NCBI GenBank assembly: GCA_036172245.1
Contig: JAYWIR010000054.1
Coordinates: forward strand, 558,001 to 622,000
DNA length: 64,000 nt
DNA from: Raillietiella orientalis
Taxonomy: Eukaryota
Direction of reading: 5' to 3'
The notes under the pieces are model-generated. The model saw only the letters and a list, made by a program, of their open reading frames with translations. It made no database searches and had not been told where the DNA came from. The position numbers and the translations under genes are program-made. Positions 1-13,069 of the stretch are shown one piece after another; the first letter of the stretch is position 1; every line of letters starts with the position of its first letter.

Positions 1-3000
1 GAAGGTGTTTGCTACCTAAGAGACATCTCTCTCCCCCCTCCCCTCCTTGAAAAAAAAAAAAAGGAAAAAGGAAAATGCAAACTTTTCAAACCACGTAAGA
101 GTGTATGTGTCAGTGACTGGCAAAAAACAAAAAGTAAATATTCTTGAGCTTGCGCCATCCGTGCTGAGGGAAAACGAGGATCGGCTGATCTCTTCAACAA
201 GCACAGACTCGCTGCAGATGTCTTCATGAAACTTGAACACGCTGCCCGGTGCTTCTCCTCACCGGTCAAATGCATGGACACATGAAAGACCGTTTCAGCA
301 AAATGGAGCGCAACACCTTCTTGGATGCAGCAAATTCCGTTTCTCTGTGCTGCCGAAAAGACCAAGCCATTCGTTGTACAAATAATAATCGTTCTGTTCC
401 TGGAATGGGAGAGCGGGAAGCTGCACGTCAGACCCGGAACTCAGACGGCTCACCGAGGTCTGCAGAGGCCTGACTTTTACGGATTCCGGTGAAGCAGAGT
501 TGGTAAACAGCTGCGGTCGTTTGCTTTCCGGATGGAAAAATCTTTCGGAATTATCTTTGTTCACGCTTGTGTACGCGTGTGTGAGTGTGTGTACGCGCGC
601 GCGCGCGTGTGTGCGTGCACGCAAGGTTCCACACTTCAGAACGCGCGCCCGAAGCCACTGCGATCCCCCCCCCCCCCCCAACCCCATTCCGCAGGGGTTT
701 AAAATACGTCTAGGAGTTTCATGGTCACACTGCTGGCCTCTCTTCCCTCCTCCTCCGGTCTTTCGACGCAGCTGCTCCCCGGACCACAGCGGCACGCCGA
801 GGGAGCCGCTAAGGACGATCCACGTATTCGTAGCACGCCGGAATCCGATTTTAATATTTTAAAAAAACAAAGCCTGCAGGAGCGAAAATAGGAACTCCCA
901 TCGATGCATTTTAAAACATAATGCAATTTTCCAAATACGTCCTGATCTCCTGCAGAGATTGGCAATTCATTAGATAATGCGATTACCTGCTTTCCTCCCC
1001 CTCCCAAATACTTTCATTAGATAATTATATTTGCATTTTAAAGAAGGGGAAGTTGATTTCTCAATTGCATCGAATAATTTCGAGGTCTGCCGCATTTCCG
1101 TTTATTGGTTTTTGCGCATTCAAACAGAACGTGAGAGATCCTGGGAAGCTGCATCTGCAGAAATGTTTTCCGCGTGAGACGGAAAAAGGAAAGAAAAGGA
1201 AGAAAAAGGCCCCCAGAGTTAATTAAACATTATTTCCTTACTCAATCCTCATCTAATTTTTTATTTAGTCCTGCTAAAAATCTGTTTGAAACTGAAAAAC
1301 CAAATCGCCCTTAATAAATGAAATAGATGAATCCTTACTGCTTTCACAATACGAAGGGGAATAATTGCGCAAAAGATGAAGGTGAATCAAAAGAAAGGAA
1401 AAAAAAAAAAGAATAATTTATATCTCTTTCTTGGCCACGCTGTTTGCAGGTCACATCTGCCAGTTGGTTCTATTCTAGTCGACTCTCACTCTATGTGTCC
1501 ATGGAACCAGGCTGAGAAATCCATACGCAGCATCGAATAAAGAGCAGAGAGGAAAAGGAAAAGAAAACGCAAATGGAGTGTCCGAAAGCGATGCCAAATT
1601 TAACTTTGGTAGCATTCACGCATTCGTTTCGAAAAGCAACTGCCAATGGATGTCGAAACCACATGAGAACAGCGACTTCTTCGGTGCATCCAAGAGGAAC
1701 CTGGACAGATCAAAAAGGAGCAAATGCAATCACCAGACCGCGAAGGCGTCTCAGTGTTGAAAAGAAGGAATCTGCCATCTGAGAAAAGGACCGCTAGCAA
1801 ACGAAAATCGGACTTGGACTCACGAGAGGACCGTCTTCTCGAAGAGTCATCAAGAACATTCCCTTCAAGACAGATCACTGTGTTGATATGCCTACATATT
1901 GGAAGGTTTGTTGTGCTTAACATGGAATGTTCGCGTTACATTGCATCGTTCGAACAAACGATGCAATGCCAATGTTGATGTTCGGATATTAGAATAGTAC
2001 GAACACGATCGACACTTTTCGTGAAACGGATTTTTTCGATTTCATACCGTGTGGTAACGTAATGGCGAATTTTCTGCTCCTCTTCAGCAGCATTCGACCC
2101 ACAGTCTCTCATTGCCGTACTGAGCTGTTCCATGTTCCCAGCTCTGGGAGCAGCCTCGTGCCGTCCGCCCGCTAACTGCCGTGGGCGAGAAAAGAGGATT
2201 CCCGGGATATCTTCTTTCGTTTTCGCTGAGTAACCCGTGGTTCCACGTTTGAGGGCTCCACCTCGTTGGGTGCATCCGCATCGCATCTCGAAAGACACCA
2301 CATTACGTATTTGTCATGTAGGATCCATTTTGAGGAACAGCCGAGTGGCTGCATCGAAATCCACAGCAGCTGAAGACGTTCGCTCTCTCCACGTTACAGC
2401 AAACTAGCGTCGCTTCGTAACGCCCCATCGCAGCACGCGTGGGCTCTTAGCAGAGAGAGTCTCTGTAGCAGCCAAAGTCTGAAGCGTCTTTAGTAATTTG
2501 GATCTGAGCTCTATGATTTGGGCCAAAACGTCGATCCTGCTACGTCTGATGATTCGCTCTGGCCGCTTCCTGGGAGTCGAAAGTTGGAATTTCTTGGGTA
2601 GCTGGAACCAGTATACCATTTACTCGGTTCCACTCTTTACCAATAATCCTCCATCCTTTGAGACAATTTTCTACGTCTGGCTGCTCCAAATTCAAAAGAT
2701 GTTTGAATTTTCAAGCGGCGTCGAGAACAGTGACCTAGGGGACAGCAGCGACCTCTTTGCTTCAGCTGTTTCTGTGCTTTCCGGCCGGAGCTGCTGCGGT
2801 GTTCTACGTGGACACGTACATGAACACACGTGCATGCAGCTACGAGCGTGAATTTTATTCTCACAAAGTACTGCATCGCAAGTGACAGGAAAATAAGTCG
2901 TCATATGGACTGACTATGTACTCTTCATGGGTACACATGTACATATCCGTACTGATCGATTGACGTCATGATTGAAGTCGTACACATACATGCATGCACG

Positions 3001-6000
3001 TGTAACGTAATGCTTTTGATCTACACTTTCGTATACTCTGAATCCTCTTCTTCCATAAAGGAGAGCATGGAAAATCTTCCATGTTTATGTTTTAACTGGG
3101 TGGTTACCTCCAAGGTTGAGAAGGGTAACATTGTTCCTGTCTGGCGGAAGCGCAATCATCTGAACGTGCGGGGCAAATTTCTCGTTTTTCTTGGATGGAG
3201 ATGCTAGGTTCCTGGGAAGAATCGTCTTGAAGCAAGCGCAGCAAAACCATTCCACAGTTTCAGGAATCCAGCCATCATGGGAATCAATCTGCAAGTTTGA
3301 CTGGAAGCTGCGCTCGATTCCTGCGCAAAAACAAAGCTCCGAACCTCCGACCTCGGCGCGCTTTGCTGCGGCCAGCAAACTTACCAAAGACCGCGGGCAG
3401 TGCTGATTGAGCGATGCAAAGGGTTCCTCTGACGCAACGGAAACGGAGTGTACGGCAAACACTGAGGGGGATACAGAAAGTTGAATGGGACTCTATCAGA
3501 GCAACAGCAAGCAAATAGGAAGCTACATTCCATATGTTCTGGGATCTGCTGCACTCGAGACTCCATTGCCATGGGGACGTGGAAGGAATCGTAAATCGCT
3601 GCTGTAAATGAGTGCTGAATTTTGCTGTGAATCCTTCATTCCTTCCAATATCTCACAATGATCCGTTCCTCCAGACGACAACTGCATTAATCTGAGATTA
3701 ATTTTTAAAAGGGAGGACAGAAAAGCGCAATCTCGTGCCGAGCTTGTGGTCCAGCCTCGCATCGTGGAGCCTCTTCCATTGTTGGCGCTCAAATACGATT
3801 TTGATTGGCGAAGCCGCAAGAGATTCGAGAAGATTCTTGGAACGCGGAACCAAACTAAATGGAAGCGGGCGAAGGGGAGGTGGCTCCCGACGAGCTTCTC
3901 GCCCTCCGAGCATTCGCAGGTTTGATTCCTGACACCTTGAAAAAAGAGCGGGAAGGGAAGCATCTTTTCGAAAATTCGGTTTCCCTGGGACTGAGACGCA
4001 GGCAGGCACCGCAGAGACAAGCCGAAACGCAGGGAGCCACCTGAAAGTGCCCGTGAAACTGGCAAACGGTGGCACGAATGCGTGGCGGCCTGGGAGTGCA
4101 GACTTCGCACGGCCTGCAGAGTGCCAGTGCACGCGCACCCACGTTCCAGGAGCAGAATGGAAAAAGACTCTGGGATCGACTTGCCAGCAAGCTAAAGGTA
4201 GACCCTTAGAATCCATTCCCTTGAGGGCATGCGTGCATGCCAGGGGTGACGTCACTTGTTCCCGCGGAACCGTGAGGAAAAACTTGGGTGCGAAAACGGC
4301 TGGCACTTGAAAAATACGCGTACATCATCGGTGAGAGGTTACTGGGGATGCTCCGCTACCAGGAACTGCGATGTTTGATTCCGTCCACCCAGAGAATTCA
4401 ATCGTTTTTTCGTCGAGCCCCGCAGCTTCCCCCCTCACCTACCCCACGACTAGCCAGGGAAACGCCCAAGAACTGAGCTGCTGATAAGGGAGGGGGCGGA
4501 TCTCTTTGTACTCCCAACGTTCGCAGAGCAGCTCTCGAAGAGGTGAAGGAAGACGAGGTGGTGGTTGGCCGCTGTCCCCGTCCAAAGGCTCGCCATCGCC
4601 GCTCCTGCACTGGCGAGCAGTGGAGCACGGTCGCCTCGATTACGGAGAGGATGAAGATCGAAGCAAAGCCGGAAAAGGATCTCCCGCAGAGACGCTTGCT
4701 TCACCTCCCCTCATTCCTTCCTCCTTCCCCTCAATCCCTCCCGCAGTCCTGGCTCTTCCTGCTGGAAGTCCGCCCGTGTAGTGTTCCCCGCAGTGAGCGA
4801 GTTTGCTCTTCCCCGATGTCGGCCGGTTTACCACAGGGAACTTTCTGGGTGTGCGCTGCGGGAGTTTGCCTTGAGGCCACCTACTCGGTATAGGGAACGC
4901 CGCCGCCGTTTCCTTGTGATCGATGAAAGTGGCCGGAACGGCTGGTGTGGTGGGGAGAGGAACGCGTCTCTCGCTGGCAGCTCCTGGAAACGAGCACCTT
5001 CCGGAAAGGATCGAGGAACCCAACCAGCTCCCGGGCGAGGGAACTGCCTGGTTCCGTCCACATTCAGAAATTTCCTGCTTTCCTCATCTCCGCGTCCAGG
5101 GGGGAGCAGTCACTGTCTCCCTCCCTTTGGGCGTATTCTGGCTACCATGCGGGCGAGTGAGAGACCGTCGAGATGAATCGTGGGACCCTGCTGAGTGGGG
5201 CTGTCCGCCACGGAAGTGCAGCACGTGAAGATGTGTTTCCGCTCCGATTTTTTTCCCTATGGACCCACGCTGTTCCTTTTTCTTCCGGTCTTCCACTCTT
5301 CTTCCAATATCTCTTTGCAACCATCCGCAATATCGGCTGTTTCCTTTGGAAGATGCCCACGAGGTCCCATCATATGCTAGAGGAAGATCGGATTCGGACT
5401 GGGACGACGCACAGGACACATAGTTCCTCTCTCTACTCTCATTCCGATGGCTGTGCCTGTCCTTGCTTCCTCCCCAATTCATCTTCTAAGGGCTCACCCC
5501 CCTGCTCACCAGCCCTTATTTGGAGAGGACTCTAAAGGCGAAGGGTTGCTCTGCAAAGTCCTCCCACAGGGACTCTGCATATGTCGTACCGTGCGCACTT
5601 CGACCGAGTGGAGAAGAGCTCTGGTACATTTGGATGCTGCCTTGAGGAAAGAACAAGCGTCAAGTTATCCATGAAGCTGAGTCCGACAGGAAGGCAGCCA
5701 GCTGCAGCACGGATGCATATATCGGCGGTTATCGCTTCCTCCGAGCCTACGCCCTACCGTGACTTGCTGACAAACCCTAAGGCAGCCGCAGTAGGGACAG
5801 CAGAGTATGAAATGCGGTGAAATACAAAGATCAGCATAAAAGACGAAGACCTCAGTCGCAAGGCTTCCGTCCCCTCTTCCAAATTCGCTTCCTGAGCTAC
5901 CGTTAGTGGAATCCAGCAAACTCAAGGAGAACCTCGACGAAGATTCTACATCCTTGCGAGAAGCGCGTGGGTCCTTGCACGCTATCCCTTCCAGACCGTA

Positions 6001-7799
6001 CTCTGTCGGAAGCCGTTTGTCTGGCAGCGGTGCCGTGTGCTGCTGGTCGGAAGGGGAGCTTGGGAATCCTCGTTCTCATCTAGCTGCACTGTGGAACTCC
6101 TCCAAGCCTTTCCTACTGATGTTTCCAGAAAAGTTCCTATTCGGCGAAATAACCGTTCGAAGGTATCAGGAGGACGTCCAGAAGGAAAAAAGAATGAACT
6201 ATGCCTGAGGACCAATAGGGATCAGCAGGCGAATTCGAAAAGACTACTGGAGTCACGAAGTGCGGTGGAAGGACGTTTCCATTAGATGACGATCTGTTCT
6301 GCTGGATTGTGAGATTCTGAGCACGAGCTCCATGCGTGTGCTGAGCGAAGAATTGGGCGAGCATTGATCACCCTTCCTTGTGTGTCCTGGTAGCAGAATT
6401 CCCATTTGCATCCCTCAGATGTGGAACTACATCTTAGGGAGTACGTCATTCGGAGTACGATAAACGGAAGTCGAAACAGCTGTGGACCGCAGATGCGAGT
6501 ACGGCTGACGTATCTACAAAAATCTGAGGCACTGCGAATGATCATAGGGAATCCCAGCACCCTTACGAATGTGGTCCGATGACGCCCACATCCGTATGCG
6601 TGATGGTTTGGGCTCGATAAACACAGTTACTTAGAGGAGATCATGAAGGAGGCAAAATCGCCTACACGAAGGAGATTGTCTTTCATCGGTATGGTTCCAA
6701 TTGACGATTAATGAGCGAGCCGGAAGCATCGAAGTTGCCTCATCCGTGGATAAGGTTTTGAATTCAGGATGAGACCATGGATGCTCTTTCGTAAAAAACG
6801 GTCACCATGAGATTTCGTTTGATTGATTTGCGGACTTCGGCAGAGCGGAAATCTGTGGGGCTGAATTCTCGTTTTTTCTTATCTCTTCGATGTTTTTTGT
6901 GAGCTACAAGCTTCATCGAGGCAACAGCCTACTATAGCACCACTCTTCAAGGCAGAATCTCTCTGCGCTGCCGGAACGGTTGTGACGCATACTGAGACGC
7001 TACATGATGCTCTTTAACTGGGAAAATGCGGTGGGCGCTGTCGACAACGCTCATTTCCGAAAGGTGCACCAGAAGACTTGCCTTGCGGAAGAGGCGGTGG
7101 TAAAAACAGTGCTGTTACAAACTGTGGTCAGTTCTCTTCTAGGAGCTTTTGATGTTCTTTCTTTCAAAGCCGTGTGGAAAGCATGAAGAACTCCCTCAAG
7201 GAGCGGAGTGTCCTTATCGAACCGGTTGCTTCCTTGGCTGAATCTGGGAAACGAAATAACATCGAATTTTCGTGCCCGCTGAGCCTCAGAGACACCTCGC
7301 GACCTGCCGCGTAACCCGAGTGAAGGAGAGAAGTACTTGTCACGAGGAATATACCCTGAACAAGATGCTCACCTGCAATTTTCGGGAACAGGAGAGTTCT
7401 TGAAATCGGCAATCCATCTGGTTCACGGATCTATAGAGGTGCTGGTACTCCTGCGTGCATCTGAGAAGATAAGTTGTCGATCATTGGTTCTGGTTCGTGA
7501 AGCTGGAGGACAACATGAGCGACACCAAGCGGCGTTGCGTAACAGGAAGACGAAAGCACCTGAGGCTGAACTCTAGTGTTAGGAAAAGATCAAATTCTGG
7601 ATGAAGAAGCAACTGCAAGGAATTCTTACCTGGCTTTTTCGAAATTACTGTAGCATCCGGTGTATGAATCAACTCCACATCCTTGCTCTTATCTTGATCG
7701 ATTCCAGAGGCATTTACTGCTAAAAATCCTTCTTCATGAAAGTCGTTCCAGTGATGAGCTGATTCTCTGAGTGGAAAAGAGTGGAAAGGGGAGAACGTG

Positions 7800-8172
7800 G
7801 CAACGCGTAGTTTATGCAAATTTGGACAGACAAAGCGAGAAGACCTCTTCTCCTGGTGATCTGCGAAAGATGCATGCGGAGTCTAGAAGAAAGAATCCAA
7901 ACACCCAAGGCTTCGCTCGGCTCCCATACTGGGTGAGGACTTTGTTGGCCAAGACCATCTCTGCGGCTGCTTGCTCTCGGCTTCCTGCCAGGCAGCCGGA
8001 GGTTTCCTCCACTGGACCTATCTGCTTCTGGCTTGGGTTGCGGTGCTGTGCGTGTCTAAAGATGGATGGTCTTATTCTGGCGTCTCGACCGCGTAGGTCT
8101 GTGTCCCTCGTTCCAGTCGACGCTTTCAGTAGACGTCCCGTCTTTGATGGATTTGGACCATCACGCGTAGAG
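7800..8172 (-). mobile_element. Degenerate L1/Tx1-like ORF2 fragment directly downstream of the U2 fragment
   Basis: Translation ...CLAGSREQAAAEMVLANKVLTQY... resembles the post-RT 'LS.xGRxxLxNxxL...Y' segment, also seen near 16620. Heavily decayed; boundaries approximate. Confidence 0.45.
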
Positions 8173-8210
8173 GCTGCACTTTGATCCTAGCCAAAAGGCC
8201 GAGAAGCGAT
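8173..8210 (-). pseudogene. U2: U2 snRNA 5' fragment (nt 1-37/38)
   Basis: The minus strand reads ATCGCTTCTCGGCCTTTTGGCTAGGATCAAAGTGCAG(C). This matches the U2 5' end ATCGCTTCTCGGCCTTTTGGCTAAGATCAAAGTGTAGT with 3 transitions; similarity stops near the branch-site pairing sequence. Confidence 0.9.
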
Positions 8211-11200
8211 TGGAGTAGGGGCTAGGAATTTGCAGGTCTTCGCAAAGCATCGTCTCAATGCCAGAATTTCAAAGAACCGCTCTAAAGAAAACTCAAAAAA
8301 AAAAAAAAAACTGCTCTAACAGACGCTTGGGTTTCCCTCTTTCCCTCTGTGTGCCTTCTAGAATGCTGTCGCGTACCTTCTAATGGGAAGCACGCGCCGA
8401 ACGCAGGTAGTTTCCATTTCCTGCTTAAGGCTAGGTCAGTCCTCAATGAGGACTCTACCCTGGGGGTCGCTTGGACAGATCGCCTGCTGTGTCTTCTTGA
8501 GAACTCACTCTTAGATCTCTTCCCTGCAGCGTCCTCTGTTTGCAGGGAAACATGGATTCTGAGGGTGGTCCCTTTCAGAACTCACCACGTGTGACTCCAG
8601 ATCCACCTTCCTGAACTCTCGCGTCCAGTTATCTTAAGGAAAAAAGAAAAAATTCTCTTCCTCAAGCCCCCCGCTAGATGACCTCGTCAAATTAGGCAGA
8701 TTTTCAGCAGCGAAAACTCAATTCCTGGAACTTGTGGGGGAGGGGGAGGGGAGGGGAGATTTCCCCATTTGAACACCTTCGACACCACACCCACGCGCGA
8801 GGGAAGTTTCCGTGTCGCTCAGCAGCAATCCTTGGCCCGTCTTCTCAACAGCTTCGGTCGTCGTTTTCTTTGCTCGAGGACCCAATCCGCCATTTTCCGA
8901 CAGCATCCCTCGTTCCACAGTTTGTTTCGATAGCGCCATGGCCTCTTCCCAGCTTCCAAGTGAAGAGTTTGAAATCCGGCACGAGGACTTTTCCTTAGTA
9001 GGCATTCTCAGCTATTTCCTCCTCTCAAGCCCTACGGTAATTTTTCACGAAAACCTATTTTACAGAGTGTTTTCCATTTAATAAAAACAGAATCTCCGTT
9101 TCGCCATTCACGCTTGTGCTAAATGGAGTCAACACGCGTTGGAAACTTCAAAGTCAACACCCTTCGATTTCAGCCGATCATAGAAGGTGCGTCAAGCCTC
9201 ACTCTATTTACTAACATGAGAATCTCACATATCTATTAGCATTCCATACATTGATGGCACGCCTAGATAAAGCCTATCTAGAATTTTCAAATACATAAAT
9301 AAATACGGCTGTGTGATGTAAGCACACGGTAGGCCCGCGTATAAGTCGGGGGATACGAATCCTCATTATGCCCTATTAGCCCTATTCCTGGAGGAGGGCT
9401 GAGAAGGTTCAAAGACATTTGCCCCTTCCTTCCTATCTTGTTTGTTTTTATTATTTGTTTGTCATCCTCTCCACCCCGTTCCAGATTTCTAGAGGGACCG
9501 ACTCGCGTGCAGACAGACCCTCCCATTGAGCTTTTTTTTGTTTCTTGTTGGAAATTGCGTTCCCAACTTTTTTATTTTAACTGAATAAGCGCCTCGGCCT
9601 GATCGGCCTATGGATTATCTATCCATGGCCTATGGCCTGTGATTGTATTCATAAAGGATTCTAGACTTATCTTAAATATCAGCAGAATATTCATTATTTC
9701 ACTTCAAAAACAAAAAAGCCGTTCCTTATTGAGGTTAGAAGAAGAGGAAAAAGGGGACCTTTTCTCATTTCTTTGATGTCCAGTCAGTTCGAGCGATTCC
9801 ACACTCCTATCCTCCTCGTTGTCGAAAAAACATGTCTTCTTGCACTATTCTATTCACGGAAAGTTGAATGAGAGAGAGAGGGAGAGGGAAAAAATCAACT
9901 TGCTGAGGTCACACGTTCGTGTTCTTTGCACAGAAACAGCTGGGCCGAGGCTGTTACACAGAATTAAATTCACCACAGTCGTACGGTGCTGAGTTACCGC
10001 GCTATGCAGAGGCTGTCGCGATGTCTTCGCCGCGTTAAACGAATCCGCATGATACGGGGATGGACTGCATTTGATTTAGTAATGGATTAAATAGATATAT
10101 TCGTGTTGGATACAGATGACAGATGTTTTGATTAAATATTTACATAACTTTACATAGAGAGGGCGATTACCGCAAAATGGTTGTCAGAATTTCTCCCTCC
10201 TCGCCACGGGTGCTCAGGTTGATTTACCAGCTGTTTCCATCGTCCGTTTCACTGGTACTTCTTGACGCATAGCATTGGGCAGAAGAACGGATGTCTCTCG
10301 GGAGCTGTCTTCCTCTGTGCTGCAGCCACCACTACAGTGTGGCCCGTCGGTTCGAAGCAGGAAGAGAGAACGAACGTGGGTGCATGGGAGAGAAGAACTG
10401 TGGACTCCTTATCGAGTTTCCCACCAGACTGTCCATTGTCTTACGGCGTTGAAGCCTTAGGGAAAGAAGACGGTCAGCGGCCAAACTTCAGGGAACCTGC
10501 GTTGTTCGCTGGCGTTCCGGTATTCGGGCAAGAAGGAGAATCTTTCGCTCCTCTTGCAGGTGTCTGGTCCTTCGCTCCATCCGTCGGATCTCCGGCTCGC
10601 CCCAGGAAAGTCCAAGGGCGTCTGCGTTTCTTCTGGATGGAGAGGTTGTAAAATCACCGATGGCGGCGGAGGAGGACGCGTAAAGCTGCTCCTCTGTGGA
10701 CGCTCTTGCTATTGCAACTGTGGTGCGTTCCTCCTCCGCCGACTTGCGCGGATCTTCACACCGCTGCTTGGTGCCAGCTTGGCTGCGCTGACACTAGCTC
10801 CCAGTCCGCGTCTCCCAAAGGCCCTTTCGACTCCGCAGCTGCCTTGAACCCCCTGGACATCCTCTTTGCGGGGATACGCCTCCCCATCGATAGTAGAGCT
10901 GGTTCTGGAATGGACGATTCCCTTGCCCCTGCTTCCCGAACCAACCTACGCGGTTGTAGAGCAAGGAGGTGATGCGAGGGGGAGCAGCAGAAGGCGAAAG
11001 CTGCACCTTCGGCGCTCTCCGTGCACGGGTCGCTTCCGAGGGTAGAGTGCAAACTGCTCGCGCCCCAAGGGAAGAAGTTCCTCCTCACGCGAGGGTGGAC
11101 CGCACGCGGTACTGAGGGAACCAGTCAACAGGATCATCTCTGGAAGGATCACGAGAACGAGGAAGTGCAGCTCCTCGTGGGCGCGCGTCTCCCCCGGAAT

Positions 11201-11589
11201 GCGCATCCGAGTCTCAACTTACGTACTCTCGCACCTCGGAAGCTGTGGGCAAGCTGCGCATCTTCCAGCGTAATGCGTCGAGCACTTGGCGCTGGCATAC
11301 TCTCGTTTTCGAATACTCGTTTCCAATGCTCTCCGGAACCCCACGGTCACTCGCAGACCAGCCTCGAAGTGCTGAGACATCCCGCGAACATCGAGAAGGC
11401 GACCTTATCTGCCTGCCAACAGCACCGTCCCTCTTCTGGTCTCAGCAGCGGCGAGACCCACATGAAACAACCGCTCTCGGCCCGTGCAGCTACGGCTTCT
11501 CGACACTTCCTTAGGCGCCACTCTCGTTGCTAGGTGCTTCCTTCGGTACTCGGTTGCACGCCAGCATTTCTTGCAACTCCTAGAAACAA

Positions 11590-12850
11590 ACGTACAAGAA
11601 AAAAATAAGACTGAATGAAAGACTGCTGCTTAGGGCGGTAGGTCCTACCAGAGTTTGTGTGATCTGGTGAAAAGTCAGTTGACTTGCCGCTGAGGCCCAC
11701 CCCGGGGAATGAAGTGTACCGAGAAGAGAAATAAAAAACCTATTCAGCTGTCCATGTGGGAGGAAGGGAGGGTCATCGGTATTCCCCCAAGGTTTTCTCC
11801 ATCCTTTACAAGATGCTGGCAGAGATCTGCTCTCAAATCCACTAGGTGGGGTCATTCGCTGTCCTCTTAACTTCTTCTTGGTTCTGATTGTGATGGCATC
11901 CCTGTCGTACTGCTCTCTTTCGGCGGCACTTAGTGCTCCGACTGTGCGACAGAGGCAGGAGACACTTGCGACTGACAGGAGCGTGGCAGGAGACACTGCT
12001 TTGCACAAGAAGACTTTAACATGTCCATGGGATGGTCCCTCGGAAGCAGCAGGGCAATTGAGATACTCCTACACACCCGTCAGAGGGCAGCACAGTACTC
12101 TGTGCAGCCTCAGAGCTTTGTCCTTTCCGTGCTCTTTCACTCACTTTGCTTTCTAGCCGTGGGGTCTCCTCCACCCTACAGCTAGGAAGCACCTTGCTAC
12201 CTCTCTTGGCGCCCGGAGTCCAACGGCAGCAAGCAGGCAAGTCGAACAAAGAGGTCTTCAGCGGGATGCGCGCTTCGTCTTGTCTGGCAGCGGAGAAAAA
12301 TGTGACCGAATCTGGAGAGCATTCCGGAAGCGAAGCTTCTCCCATCTTTCATAAGCTTTCTCTTCTCGTTTTGAAAGATCTCGGAAGCTCTGTACCTTCA
12401 TGAAGGGGAAACATGATTCCACGACGTCGCTTCCTGCCTTCTTCGACTGCCTTCCCCTGCTGACGTCACCCCATAAAGGGTTATGATTGCCACAGAAACA
12501 GTCGCCGCTGCAGCGAGAAAGCAGGACGCTGTACATCCGGAGAGCCTTCGCCTCGGTCATTCGAGTTTCCTCGACGTGGACTCACCCAGGAAGACGATTC
12601 CTTGGCTCTGGTGGTACTGGACTGCACCTGCGGTCACTCTGAATGGAAAACTGCTTTACCCAATAAAGCACTCCCATCTCGAATGCAGCGGCAGCACTGG
12701 GACCACGGAGAAGAAGTCTGCTCCGAAAAGGTGGAATGCTCGCCGGGTCCAGAAGCGGGTCCAGGAGGGTCCTTCTTGGAAAGTCGGGGGAGGGAAGGGG
12801 AGATGTTCCCTCACTCTCTTGCTCTCCGTGAAGAATTTTTTCCCGCGGTC
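11590..12850 (-). mobile_element. Highly degenerate L1/Tx1-like 3' portion
   Basis: 11790-11865 aligns by eye with 13250-13325 (CATCCTTT..A.GATGC.GGCA...GGTGGGG.CAT). The minus-strand remnant LHRVLCC...NCPAASEGPSHGHV..FLC resembles the C-terminal Cys/His finger. Boundaries approximate. Confidence 0.5.
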
Positions 12851-13069
12851 GAATCATCCGGTCACTCTTTCACGGGGCCATCAGCGTCTCGTTGTGGATG
12901 TGGTCCATTTGAAACGCCCGTCTCGAGAAGATGACCTTCCTTTCCCAGTCGGGCAGCTCGCACCACCAGCAGGTTACGGTACTCGGTCCGCCGTGTCTGT
13001 CGGTTTACTTCCGCGTGTTCAGAGTCCAGGGACCCTCCTCCGGCTTCACCGGAAACCGGTTGCACCCAG

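Noticed and set aside
3034..3053. U5 snRNA 5'-like ATACTCTG..TCCTCTTC
   Set aside because: Short partial match with no loop I or further similarity.
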